Assembly: GCA_031552815.1 (NCBI GenBank)
Contig: JAVBMG010000004.1
Coordinates: 13,795-77,794 of the forward strand
Reading direction: 5' to 3'
Length of the DNA: 64,000 bases
Origin: Opitutales bacterium
GTDB taxonomy: Bacteria; Verrucomicrobiota; Verrucomicrobiia; Opitutales; JAVBMG01
Part shown: positions 29,885 through 38,846 of the stretch, one piece after another
Numbering within the stretch: position 1 is the first letter of the stretch
Layout: each line of letters begins with the position of its first letter
Program-made: the position numbers and the translations under genes
Notes under the pieces: generated by a model
Databases searched by the model: none
Told to the model about the DNA's origin: nothing
What the model saw: the letters and a program-made list of their open reading frames with translations, nothing else

Positions 29885-30898
29885 TTATCTGGCCTGATCC
29901 GTATTTATTTTTACAACAGCTGAGGCTCCGATACGGAATAAATCGGCGTCCGGTTGCGAGATGCTCATCTTGACAGGGAAGCGTTGGGAAATGCGTATCC
30001 AGTTCATGCTGCGCTGCACACGCGGAAGTCCTTCCAGCACCAGTCCTCCGTCGCTGGGCAATACGCCGTAACCTGTGGATTCGACGGTACCGTCAAAAAC
30101 TTTCTGTGTATCGCTCATTAGGCGGATTTTTACGGGTTGGCCGGTACGGATTTTGCTCAGATCGCCTTCGCGGAAATTGGCAATGACATACCAACGCTCG
30201 GTATTAATGAGGGTAAAGACAGGCTTGAGCGGGGAAGCTTGCTGCCCAACCGTTGTTTTCAGCGAAACAACACGTCCGTCAAAAGGCGCATGGATGGTAG
30301 CTTGTTCCATGTGAAGTTCGGCAAGAGCGATTTCCGCACGGATAACATCGCGTTGGGCAACCAGGGCATCAATGCTCCCAACGGCATTGGCTGCCTGCTG
30401 GGCCTGTAGTTCCACGGCTGCAAGATCTGCGAGTGCGGAACGGTTGGCAGCGCGCGCGCGGTCCACGTCTTCAACGGAAACGTAACCGTGTTCCAATAAC
30501 GGCTCCGTGCGTTTCAGCGTATCGCCTGTTTGTTCGGCGATTATGCGTGAGCGTTCCACCATGGCGAGCACAGATTCGGCATTGTATTCCTGAGCTTTCA
30601 CGAGGCGGCGTGAGGTGATGATCTGCTGGTCAAGCGCTGCCAAGGCAGCTTTTCCGCGTGCCAGTTCTATTTCAACGGGTCGGGTGTCGATGCGGAAGAG
30701 GAGGTCGCCTTTTTTTACGGATTGATTATCGCTGACCGCTAATTCCACGATACGTCCCGGAACTTCAGCCACAACATCAATGGTGTCGGCGTAAACATAG
30801 GCATCATCGGTGGATGGTTCATTATCGGCACGCCAGGCAACGAAAACCAGTGCTCCTATTGCTATCAGGAAAAGAAAAATAGCAGGTAACTTTTTCAT
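29885..30898 (-). CDS. HlyD-family membrane-fusion protein (MdtN/AaeA-like)
   Basis: The protein has a signal-anchor, the lipoyl-like segment VVAEVPGRIVELAVSDNQSVKKGDLLFRID, and a coiled-coil middle. Confidence 0.85.
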   Translation of the reverse strand: MKKLPAIFLFLIAIGALVFVAWRADNEPSTDDAYVYADTIDVVAEVPGRIVELAVSDNQSVKKGDLLFRIDTRPVEIELARGKAALAALDQQIITSRRLVKAQEYNAESVLAMVERSRIIAEQTGDTLKRTEPLLEHGYVSVEDVDRARAANRSALADLAAVELQAQQAANAVGSIDALVAQRDVIRAEIALAELHMEQATIHAPFDGRVVSLKTTVGQQASPLKPVFTLINTERWYVIANFREGDLSKIRTGQPVKIRLMSDTQKVFDGTVESTGYGVLPSDGGLVLEGLPRVQRSMNWIRISQRFPVKMSISQPDADLFRIGASAVVKINTDQAR

Positions 30899-30948
30899 AA
30901 ATGGTATTTATCGGAAATTTGTTTTTACTTGTATGGAACACTGGTTAA

Positions 30949-31200
30949 TCAGAAAAAGAACAACCAGATGAAGCAGGAAAATACAATTGACAAGGCAAGG
31001 TAGAGAAGGGCCGGTAATCCCATGTTGCGTCCGAGTGGCGTACAAAGCAGCAATGCCCGTACAATAAGTGTCATGAAGATACCGCCGATGATGCAAAACA
31101 CCCAATCCGGGAAATAGGCGCCGACAATCGGAATGGAAGACGGTAGCTTATTGCAGCCGGTTAACGCAAAACCGAAAGAAAGAAAAATCAAATGTTTCAA
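30949..31200 (-). CDS. YtcA-family small membrane lipoprotein
   Basis: LKHLIFLSFGFALTGC is a lipobox, followed by IPIVGAYFPDWVFCIIGGIFMTLIVRALL. I placed the start at TTG 31200 rather than the ORF-track start at 31296. The gene is the first in the efflux operon, like E. coli ytcA-mdtNOP. Confidence 0.6.
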   Translation of the reverse strand: MKHLIFLSFGFALTGCNKLPSSIPIVGAYFPDWVFCIIGGIFMTLIVRALLLCTPLGRNMGLPALLYLALSIVFSCFIWLFFF

Positions 31201-31350
31201 GCGTTTTTCTATAATGAATTCCAGACTTCCAATCGTAAAGAATGAATACAATGTTCGTTTTTTGATTGATTTCAGTATGACAAATATAATTTTCATTATT
31301 TCAGTTATGGGACATTAAATAGTCCTGACTGAAATATTCAAGAGAAATAA

Positions 31351-32805
31351 TTACCAGGTGTAATAAACGATGTATTCAACCGTTTTCTCTTCGTCAGGTT
31401 TTAGGTCTACTTTCATCAGGATTTGGGACGCATTTACCGACTCATAGGGAACAGTTGAGCTTTTAATTTGCGCTTTCCGGTTGGAGCGGAGATTTTCGCG
31501 GAGTTCAACGGTAGCGGCTTCATTCTTTCTGTTTTTTAATGTAAACTCAATGGTCTCCTGAATCCAGGGTTGCGATTTGACCTTAATCAAAGAGCTGGAT
31601 GTGGTTGAATCCGAAGCAAATTCCTTGATCCGGCTTTCAGCAATGAGATCGAACGCTTTTCCTGTGTAAAACTTGATTTCCTCGTTTTTCGGTGTGTGAT
31701 TGATGTTGCTTTCGCCTACGAATTCAAGCTGAGTTCCGTTCTCGCGGTATAGTCTGATATTACCGCCGGGGAAGGGCATGCCGAGATGGTTTTCTTCCTT
31801 GTTGTTGATTTTCCGCAATATGGAAACGGTTTCGATTCTCTTTTCTTCATTCTGGTTGCGGCTATCGGAAGAGGCTGAATTGACTTCATAAACCGTATTT
31901 ACTTTTACACCGTCAGCCCGGATAAATTCTATCTGCTTTGTTTCGTTGTTCAGCAGCGTGATGGCATTGGGCAGGTTGTAATAATGGAACTCGTCAAATG
32001 CTTTCTGGGTGACGGCAAGGCGTGCGGCCATCGGTGCGTACATGATTTCACTCTTGGAGTAGTCATTTTCATCATATTGCAAACGTTGCCTTTGTTTGTT
32101 CACGTCTCCGGCAATAAAGCTGACGGTAGCATTCTCGTACGCGCGCCCGCTTGTATTCGACATGGTAATCCAGGCGGAGACGGAGCCGGTATCACTTTTC
32201 TCGGGAAGCGTGATATTGTAATCCGCTTTCCAGGACAGTCCGTAAGAGATGTAGCCGATTTCTGCATTCACCTTGGCGGTAGTATCCGATTGTAATTTCC
32301 AGCGCAGTTCCGGTTTCAGAATGTTACCGTCGTTTCCGAGATTCGGAAATAATACCTGGCCCGGTAATCCGAATTGTATTCCTTTCTCGGTCTGGATAAT
32401 GGCTTCAGAGCCGTTGTACCAGTTGCGTCCCATGACATAACCGCTACGGATAACCTTTCCGGTGATTAAAATGGGCGTATCTTTTTCCGTTGTCTGGAAA
32501 GTTAGCTCCTTGCCTTCAAATTGCTTGAGCAGAAGCCCTTCGGAAACGGGATCATTCCGATAGCTTTGTTCAAGTATGTTCAGTGATTGTTTGCCTGCCT
32601 TGTCGCGCAAAATCACGGATTCCGGCTCAAGCTGGTATGAAATGTCGTTGTAGGTTACATTGTTGATTCCCTCTTTGAGATCAAGTTCCAGCGAATTGCG
32701 GATAACCGCAAAATTGCCGTTGTAAATGGTTAATGAGGTTTGCGCATAAAGTCCGGAAGTGACCGCGGTAGCATTCAATAAGACAAAAGAAAGTAATTTT
32801 TTCAT
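31351..32805 (-). CDS. DUF4139-domain secreted protein (MuiA-like), function unknown
   Basis: The protein has a signal peptide, and the N-terminus SLTIYNGNFAVIRNSLELDLKEGINNVTYNDISYQLEPESVILRD is typical of DUF4140/DUF4139 proteins. Confidence 0.65.
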   Translation of the reverse strand: MKKLLSFVLLNATAVTSGLYAQTSLTIYNGNFAVIRNSLELDLKEGINNVTYNDISYQLEPESVILRDKAGKQSLNILEQSYRNDPVSEGLLLKQFEGKELTFQTTEKDTPILITGKVIRSGYVMGRNWYNGSEAIIQTEKGIQFGLPGQVLFPNLGNDGNILKPELRWKLQSDTTAKVNAEIGYISYGLSWKADYNITLPEKSDTGSVSAWITMSNTSGRAYENATVSFIAGDVNKQRQRLQYDENDYSKSEIMYAPMAARLAVTQKAFDEFHYYNLPNAITLLNNETKQIEFIRADGVKVNTVYEVNSASSDSRNQNEEKRIETVSILRKINNKEENHLGMPFPGGNIRLYRENGTQLEFVGESNINHTPKNEEIKFYTGKAFDLIAESRIKEFASDSTTSSSLIKVKSQPWIQETIEFTLKNRKNEAATVELRENLRSNRKAQIKSSTVPYESVNASQILMKVDLKPDEEKTVEYIVYYTW

Positions 32806-32891
32806 GATTCAGGTGATTATATTTACCTCTTATTATAAGGGCGGATTTCTTATTGGAAAGTAATTTTCTCGCTTCTCTTTATTGCGGTTTA

Positions 32892-32938
32892 CCCTAAGAT
32901 GAAGCGCTTTCAAATCATTTTAAAGCAAAGCGTTAGGG
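32892..32938 (+). promoter_or_regulatory. Leader hairpin that buries the purine-rich tract just upstream of the U32 start codon
   Basis: ccctaa (32892-32897) pairs with ttaggg (32933-32938), and cgcttt (32905-32910) pairs with aaagcg (32927-32932). The ATG lies at 32940. Confidence 0.3.
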
Positions 32939-32939
32939 A

Positions 32940-34229
32940 ATGGATTCTCAAAGAAAAGTAGAACTGATGTCGCCTGCGGGCAGCTTCGACTCGTTGATGG
33001 CCGCTATTCAGGGCGGCTGTAATTCCGTTTATTTCGGTATCGGAAATCTGAATATGCGGGCTAAGGCTTCCATTAATTTCAAGAAGGAAGACATCGGTGT
33101 GATTTCAGGTATTTGCCAGGCGGAAGATATCCGGAGTTATCTGACGATGAATACGATCATGTTTGATAAAGATCTTCCGATGATGCGCGATATTCTGGAT
33201 CTGGCCAAAGAATCAAATATTACTGCCGTTATTGCATCGGATCAGGCAGTTATCAATTATGCCTCGAGCATCGGCATGGAAGTTCATCTTTCCACGCAGC
33301 TGAATATCACGAATTTTGAAACGATAAAATTCTATTCTCATTTTGCCGATGTTGCCGTCCTTGCGCGTGAGTGCACGCTGGCGCAGATGAAGGCGATCTG
33401 TGCCCAGATCAAGGAACAGGCTATCTGCGGGCCATCCGGGAGGCTTATGGAAATAGAGGTCTTTGTTCACGGCGCGCTCTGCATGTCGGTTTCCGGAAAG
33501 TGTTATTTAAGCTTGCATACCCAAAACGCCTCGGCAAACCGCGGCGCGTGTTTACAGAATTGCCGCCGCCGTTACCGTGTAACAGACATAGAAGACGGCC
33601 ATGAACTGGAGATTGATAACGAGTACATCATGTCTCCGAAAGATCTGTGCACGATCAATTTCCTGGACAAACTGATCGAAACCGGCATTCAGGTTTTAAA
33701 GATAGAAGGGCGCGGAAAAAGCGCCGATTATGTGAGGACGGTCACCCATTGCTACCGTGAAGCCATAGACAGCTATTATGCGGGCACTTATTCGGAAGAA
33801 AAAGTGCGAGACTGGATGAAGCGCCTGGAAATGGTTTTCAACCGCGGGTTCTGGGGTGGTTACTATCTCGGAAAAAAGATGGGAGAGTGGACTGATGCTC
33901 CCGGTTCCAAGGCTACCGTCAAAAAAATCTACGTCGGAAAAACAACCAATTATTTTTCACGGATAGGTGTTGCTGAGTTTCATCTGGAAGGCGGTGACCT
34001 GAGCAGGGGCGACAAAATCATGATTATCGGACCGACTACGGGTGTGGTTGAAACCATCGTGGATGACATGCATGTGAATGACGATGGTCAAATGAAGCAC
34101 GCAAGAAAAGGCGATACCTGTGCCATAAAACTGGATACACCCATCCGTAAAACGGATAAACTGTACAGAGTGGTTCCCAACGATGCCATAGGGCATTCGG
34201 TTGATATCAAACTTGACAGACGTCTCTGA
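32940..34229 (+). CDS. Peptidase U32-family protein (collagenase-like; the family now also includes RNA hydroxylation factors)
   Basis: The sequence has VELMSPAGSFDSLMAAIQGGCNSVYFG and KIEGRGKSADYV. The 429-aa length fits the family. Confidence 0.85.
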   Translation: MDSQRKVELMSPAGSFDSLMAAIQGGCNSVYFGIGNLNMRAKASINFKKEDIGVISGICQAEDIRSYLTMNTIMFDKDLPMMRDILDLAKESNITAVIASDQAVINYASSIGMEVHLSTQLNITNFETIKFYSHFADVAVLARECTLAQMKAICAQIKEQAICGPSGRLMEIEVFVHGALCMSVSGKCYLSLHTQNASANRGACLQNCRRRYRVTDIEDGHELEIDNEYIMSPKDLCTINFLDKLIETGIQVLKIEGRGKSADYVRTVTHCYREAIDSYYAGTYSEEKVRDWMKRLEMVFNRGFWGGYYLGKKMGEWTDAPGSKATVKKIYVGKTTNYFSRIGVAEFHLEGGDLSRGDKIMIIGPTTGVVETIVDDMHVNDDGQMKHARKGDTCAIKLDTPIRKTDKLYRVVPNDAIGHSVDIKLDRRL

Positions 34230-34254
34230 TTCGGAAGATGATTTTGCTTTCAAA

Positions 34255-34330
34255 GGGGCCGTAGCTCAGTTGGAAGAGCGCTTCGTTCGCAATGAAGAGG
34301 TCGTCGGTTCGATCCCGATCGGCTCCACCA
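34255..34330 (+). tRNA. tRNA-Ala (anticodon CGC)
   Basis: The 76-nt sequence folds as a cloverleaf. The acceptor stem is GGGGCCG/CGGCTCC with the G3:U70 Ala identity pair, the anticodon loop is TTCGCAA, the T-loop is GGTTCGATCC, and CCA is encoded. Confidence 0.95.
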
Positions 34331-34608
34331 GTTTTCCGGAACATAAGAAATCTGGCAAGCATCGTTAATGCCAACGGAAAGTTGAAGGATAAGATTCCGA
34401 GTATGGCAGATTTTTTATTGAGCTGCGAGTTTGAGAGCATAGTAATAGTATTGTCATACAAAATTTGCAAAAAGAATTAGATTAATTCATCGGTTATTGT
34501 TTATTCTAAAATTCTGTCTTAATTCAGCTGCTTTGAAACGATTTGCATATTACTTACAACTTTTAGAATAAACAGGGTTTGAATATAAATTATCTATACC
34601 AAATACCA

Positions 34609-35856
34609 ATGACAAAAATAGAAAACCTGACAAATGCGCCCAAGAAGCGCATTCATTCCATTGATGCCCTGAGAGGATTTGCTCTTTTGGGAATTATCAT
34701 GGTTCATTGCATGGAACACTTTGACCTGATATCCGTACCTGTGCTGGAATCTCCGTTCTGGCAATGGATAGACAATGCGGTGAGCAGTGCGATTTATTTT
34801 ATCTTTCAGGGTAAAGCCTACGCTATTTTCTCATTATTGTTTGGCTTAAGTTTTTTCATTCAGATGGATTCGCAGGCAGACAAAGGAGTGGACTTTCGCT
34901 TCCGTTTTTTGTGGCGTTTAATGCTTCTTCTTGGTCTCGGATATTTGAATGGCATGGTTTACATGGGCGAATTTTTCGTGGTTTATGCGGTGCTTGGAAT
35001 CGTTCTCATTCCACTTTATAAGGTACCGTCCAAATACCTGATCATTCTCAGTGTGCTTCTGTTCATGCAGATACCCGGTATCATGCAGTTTGTTTCCCTC
35101 TTGAGCAATAATGCGGTAAACACGCCGTCAGAAATGAATATACGCATGGAATCGCTCTTTGAGCAAAGTGCCTATGTGTTTACCAACGGTTCCGTATGGG
35201 ATGTACTCAGCTTTAACGCGTTCAAGGGGCAAAGCGCAAAATTGCTTTGGGTGTTCATTCATCTCCGTTATCTTCAACTGATCGGATTGTTCATTGTCGG
35301 ACTGCTAATCGGGCGAAGCGGTATTCACAAGGATGAAGCGAAAATGGTGAAATACGGTAAGCGAGTCCTGCCGTATGCTGTTGGTGTTTTTGCATTCTTT
35401 TATGGGATTGTATTGCTTCTCCCGCACATGGGCGTTTCCGGTTTCGCGTTGGAAAACGGTGAAACCCTTTTCAAGTCCTACGGTAACTTGGGTATGATGG
35501 TGACATATATCTGTCTGTTCACGATCCTCTATCATAAACGGGACTGGGCGAGAAAGCTGTTGGAAAAACTTGCTCCGGTCGGGCGCATGAGCGTCACCAA
35601 CTACATGGTTCAGTCTTTTCTGGGTGTGATTATCTTTTACGGATTCGGTCTGAATTGTGCAGTGAGGAGTTTCCTTGAATGTGCGCTGATCGGTATCGGA
35701 CTGGGCGCTTTTCAGATTGCTTACAGTAATTGGTGGATCAAACGCTTTTATTATGGTCCGATGGAATGGTTGTGGAGAACGCTTACTTTCTTTAAACGGG
35801 TTCCCCTGAGACGCCAGGAAGCGAAACCGTTGGTTCCCGCATGTGAAACCCGATGA
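34609..35856 (+). CDS. DUF418/YeiB-like polytopic membrane protein
   Basis: The sequence has RIHSIDALRGFALLGIIMVH and GRMSVTNYMVQSFLGVIIFYGFGL. I chose ATG 34609 rather than TTG 34579. Confidence 0.7.
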   Translation: MTKIENLTNAPKKRIHSIDALRGFALLGIIMVHCMEHFDLISVPVLESPFWQWIDNAVSSAIYFIFQGKAYAIFSLLFGLSFFIQMDSQADKGVDFRFRFLWRLMLLLGLGYLNGMVYMGEFFVVYAVLGIVLIPLYKVPSKYLIILSVLLFMQIPGIMQFVSLLSNNAVNTPSEMNIRMESLFEQSAYVFTNGSVWDVLSFNAFKGQSAKLLWVFIHLRYLQLIGLFIVGLLIGRSGIHKDEAKMVKYGKRVLPYAVGVFAFFYGIVLLLPHMGVSGFALENGETLFKSYGNLGMMVTYICLFTILYHKRDWARKLLEKLAPVGRMSVTNYMVQSFLGVIIFYGFGLNCAVRSFLECALIGIGLGAFQIAYSNWWIKRFYYGPMEWLWRTLTFFKRVPLRRQEAKPLVPACETR

Positions 35857-35939
35857 ATCTTTCAGAATAGGGAATTCGCTGTACACAAAAAAATGACTTG
35901 CCAAATCACCTCCATATGATTGTTTAGCAGCTTTCCTTT

Positions 35940-36016
35940 GGGGGATTAGCTCAGTTGGTTAGAGCGCTTGCATGACACGCAAGAGGTCGGCGGTTCGACT
36001 CCGCCATCTCCCACCA
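35940..36016 (+). tRNA. tRNA-Val (anticodon GAC)
   Basis: The 77-nt sequence folds as a cloverleaf. The acceptor stem is GGGGGAT/ATCTCCC (with one G:U pair), the anticodon stem-loop is CTTGC-ATGACAC-GCAAG, the T-loop is GGTTCGACTCC, and CCA is encoded. Confidence 0.95.
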
Positions 36017-36023
36017 TTTTACA

Positions 36024-36057
36024 AAGCCGTTTTCGCTTAGGAAACGGCTTTCTTATT
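36024..36057 (+). terminator. Rho-independent terminator after tRNA-Val
   Basis: A stem aagccgttt (36024-36032) / aaacggctt (36042-36050) is followed by tcttatt. Confidence 0.7.
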
Positions 36058-36116
36058 GAAAAACGTGTAACATGGTATTCCCTTAATGGTAAGAATTAAT
36101 TCAATAAGGACTAACT

Positions 36117-37571
36117 ATGAAAACAGGCTCGGTACTCTTATCTTTTATTAGCATTTCCGCGTTAACTGCGTTATCGCATGCTGAAGTTATTGATGGCATA
36201 GTGACAAAACCTCGTACAGATGTGAGCTCAGGGATATTGACCTATGAAATAACTAATGGAAGCACGTTAATTTTTGAAAATAACAATGTTATCGAAAGCG
36301 GGGGTGCTGTGTCGGTTGGCGGTGGGGTATTTGTTGCGACTCCGGATAACACCGATGGCAATGGGCAGGTGATTTTTCAAAATAATCATGTTGAGAGTTC
36401 AGGTGGGGCAATTTATAACACTGGTGGAAATGTCAGCTTAGAAAATGCGGTATTTGAAAATAACAGCGCGAACGTTTATGGAGGAGCGATAGTCAACGTG
36501 GAAGGAACGCTGACCATTCGCAATGCAATTTTCCAAAACAATCGCTCGCTCAATGCGCTGGGTGGAGCAATCTTTAGTGATGCACAGGGAGGACTCTCGA
36601 CTACTGCTGTGATTACGGATAGTAGTTTTCTCGGGAATTCAGCAACGTTTGGAGGAGCTATCTGTAGTAACCAAGCGTCTCTTTCGATATTTTCTATTAA
36701 CAAGGATGTAGTATTCGCGGGTAATACGGATAGCGCATTGGGTTTAAGGGCAAATGCGATCAGAAATGCGGATGGGGCACTCTATTTGGCAGCGAACGAT
36801 GGTCGTCAGCTTCTTTTTCGTGATCCCGTGGCGAGCTTGCCTGGTCAGTCCAATATAACCCATATTAACAGTACGGATGGAACAGTTGCTGGAAAAACAA
36901 CCGGACGGGTGACTTTTAGCGGGCAGGATTTTTCTGCGGGTAGCGTGAATGTTCAATCTGCGATAGCGGGAACCACGACGGTTTACGGTGGAACATTTGA
37001 GCTAAGGGATGCCGCAGAATATGGGGTGAACACCACGGGAACCATTGTCAGTTTAAATGATACTGCCATTCTGGCGAGTACCGCAAGCGGAAATGGGATA
37101 ACGAATATCCTGGCCACGGAGTCTTTGACGCTGGAGGAAGGTTCAAGGATTTCAATTCAGGATGCAACGACTTTGGAAATTCAAAATGCAAATGTGCAAT
37201 TTAACGGAGCTGTCTCCATAGAATTTATAATGAACGAAAATGGCACGGCCGGATTGGGTTTGTTGAATTTTGCGGGCGGAAACCTGGATCTCATGAGGTT
37301 AACTCTGATCATAGATGTTGGTTCGTTGGATTTGTCAGATGCGTTTTGGAAGAGCTCTTGGGCTACTGAAATCATTATATTGGATTCTGGGATGTTCACA
37401 AACAACTTTGCCGATATTGAAACAACCGCTACAGGCGGAGCTTTTCACACTGAAATTGATAATGGTTCCTTGAGGCTTGTTTGGGTGGCTGTTCCTGAAT
37501 CGTCCAGCTATGCCATGATCTTGGGGCTGACTTCGTTCGCAGGATTACTGGTTCGCCGGAAAAGAAAGTAA
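36117..37571 (+). CDS. Pmp-repeat (GGAI/FxxN) surface protein with a PEP-CTERM sorting signal
   Basis: The protein has a signal peptide. Repeated motifs include SGGAVSV, SGGAIYN, YGGAIVN, LGGAIFS and FGGAICS, interleaved with FENN/FQNN/FLGN. The C-terminus VPESSSYAMILGLTSFAGLLVRRKRK reads as a PEP-like motif, a TM helix and a basic tail. Confidence 0.75.
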   Translation: MKTGSVLLSFISISALTALSHAEVIDGIVTKPRTDVSSGILTYEITNGSTLIFENNNVIESGGAVSVGGGVFVATPDNTDGNGQVIFQNNHVESSGGAIYNTGGNVSLENAVFENNSANVYGGAIVNVEGTLTIRNAIFQNNRSLNALGGAIFSDAQGGLSTTAVITDSSFLGNSATFGGAICSNQASLSIFSINKDVVFAGNTDSALGLRANAIRNADGALYLAANDGRQLLFRDPVASLPGQSNITHINSTDGTVAGKTTGRVTFSGQDFSAGSVNVQSAIAGTTTVYGGTFELRDAAEYGVNTTGTIVSLNDTAILASTASGNGITNILATESLTLEEGSRISIQDATTLEIQNANVQFNGAVSIEFIMNENGTAGLGLLNFAGGNLDLMRLTLIIDVGSLDLSDAFWKSSWATEIIILDSGMFTNNFADIETTATGGAFHTEIDNGSLRLVWVAVPESSSYAMILGLTSFAGLLVRRKRK

Positions 37572-37745
37572 TAAACAAAGTTGCCAATTCTTGGCATATT
37601 TATCGTTGTCCTGTCTCTCTATCTTATGTTTAATTGTATGATAAATTAAGTTAAATTATTAATTGAATTATGATAATACAATCTATTTAAGAAATGCTGT
37701 AGCTATTTATACAGGAATTATGAGAAGCAATAGAACAGCATCTAA

Positions 37746-38023
37746 ATCAAATATTTATTCACTCATTCATTGGCTTGTTCCGACGGTAGCATTACTGTTT
37801 CATCAGAGGAATATATTTCTTTCGCGGACCGGCTGTTGGTTTGTTTTCCAACGAGGATGGATTAGTCGATATCAATGGTTATTCCTTTGCCATTATTTAT
37901 AACACAAACAATATTGTATTGCAGCAGCAGGAACTGGCACAAACTCCCGAAATGTCTTCTTATTCCCTGTTTTCGAGTATCTTCTCTGTTGGTTTTGTAC
38001 TTTTGCGTCGGAGAAAAGTATAA
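37746..38023 (+). pseudogene. Probable decayed C-terminal remnant of a second PEP-CTERM protein
   Basis: Frame 3 (37746-37865) reads ...DGSITVSSEEYISFADRLLVCFPTRMD*. Frame 2 (37790-38023) continues ...SNEDGLVDINGYSFAIIYNTNNIVLQQQELAQTPEMSSYSLFSSIFSVGFVLLRRRKV*. There is no ATG and no N-terminal domain, and the only possible start is TTG. Confidence 0.35.
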
Positions 38024-38077
38024 ATTTCAATGATAGTAATGAGATTTTAGAACAGAAGACTTGATGCTGCCATAGAG

Positions 38078-38830
38078 TTAGACTTCGCCGATATAGCTCA
38101 ATGTTTTATACGGCAAATCAATCATGGTACCGTCTTTATACTGTTCAAAGATGTCAGTTAAACCGTCCCTGTAGGCATCGTAGTTTTTACTTCCTTTTTC
38201 AGGCGCATAGGAAGAGGACAGATAGCGGCCAATGAATGGTTCTTTTGCAGACAGGATAGCGTTGGAGAATGTTTCATGCCGGAAATTGCCGTTATTGAAA
38301 AACATATTCAGAGAAGCGGCATCCGGTAATCTGCCCGAGTTGAAGCCGATATAGTTGATCTGTAAATGCTCGCAAAGCCGGTGTATCGCCATGATCACGT
38401 TGTCTTGTGAATCCAGACTGTTCCATACCAGCGCGACTTTTCCATGCGGTTTGAGGATTCTCCGGCATTCTTCGCGGAACTTAGGGATATCGAACCAGTG
38501 GAATGCCTGTGCTGCCGTAACCAGATCAACGGAATGCAGCGGTAAACCTGTATTTTCCGCGAGTCCGTCCATTACGGTGATATTATCAAACCCGGTATTT
38601 TGGCTTATGCTGCTCTCCCGCATATCAGTATTGGGTTCAACAGCATAAACTTTCCGTACAAAGGGGCTGATTGCCCTGGCAAAGATGCCTGTCCCGCTGC
38701 CGACATCGGCCACAGTTGTATCGGCAATCCTTATCTGTTCGGAAAGGTAACGTAAATATGTCTCGGGATAAGTTGGACGGTATCTTGAATAATGTTCTGT
38801 TTTTCCGGTGAATTTTTTAAATTTTTCCAT
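38078..38830 (-). CDS. Class I SAM-dependent methyltransferase
   Basis: Motif I is VADVGSGTGIFA, motif II-like is VDLVTAAQAFHWF, and the protein is 250 aa. Confidence 0.8.
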   Translation of the reverse strand: MEKFKKFTGKTEHYSRYRPTYPETYLRYLSEQIRIADTTVADVGSGTGIFARAISPFVRKVYAVEPNTDMRESSISQNTGFDNITVMDGLAENTGLPLHSVDLVTAAQAFHWFDIPKFREECRRILKPHGKVALVWNSLDSQDNVIMAIHRLCEHLQINYIGFNSGRLPDAASLNMFFNNGNFRHETFSNAILSAKEPFIGRYLSSSYAPEKGSKNYDAYRDGLTDIFEQYKDGTMIDLPYKTLSYIGEV

Positions 38831-38846
38831 GATTAAGTCCGAGCGT

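Noticed and set aside
30908-31105. A 65-aa minus-strand ORF lies in another frame inside the ytcA-like gene.
   Set aside because: It overlaps the better-supported lipoprotein frame and has no motif or signal.
34207-34470. An 87-aa minus-strand ORF spans tRNA-Ala.
   Set aside because: It overlaps a canonical tRNA cloverleaf on the opposite strand, so it is a spurious ORF.
32940-36016. I considered a functional link between the U32-family gene and the two adjacent tRNA genes, since the family includes tRNA U34 hydroxylation factors.
   Set aside because: The tRNA anticodons are CGC and GAC, so neither has U34, the substrate position. The adjacency is more likely a shared transcription context.
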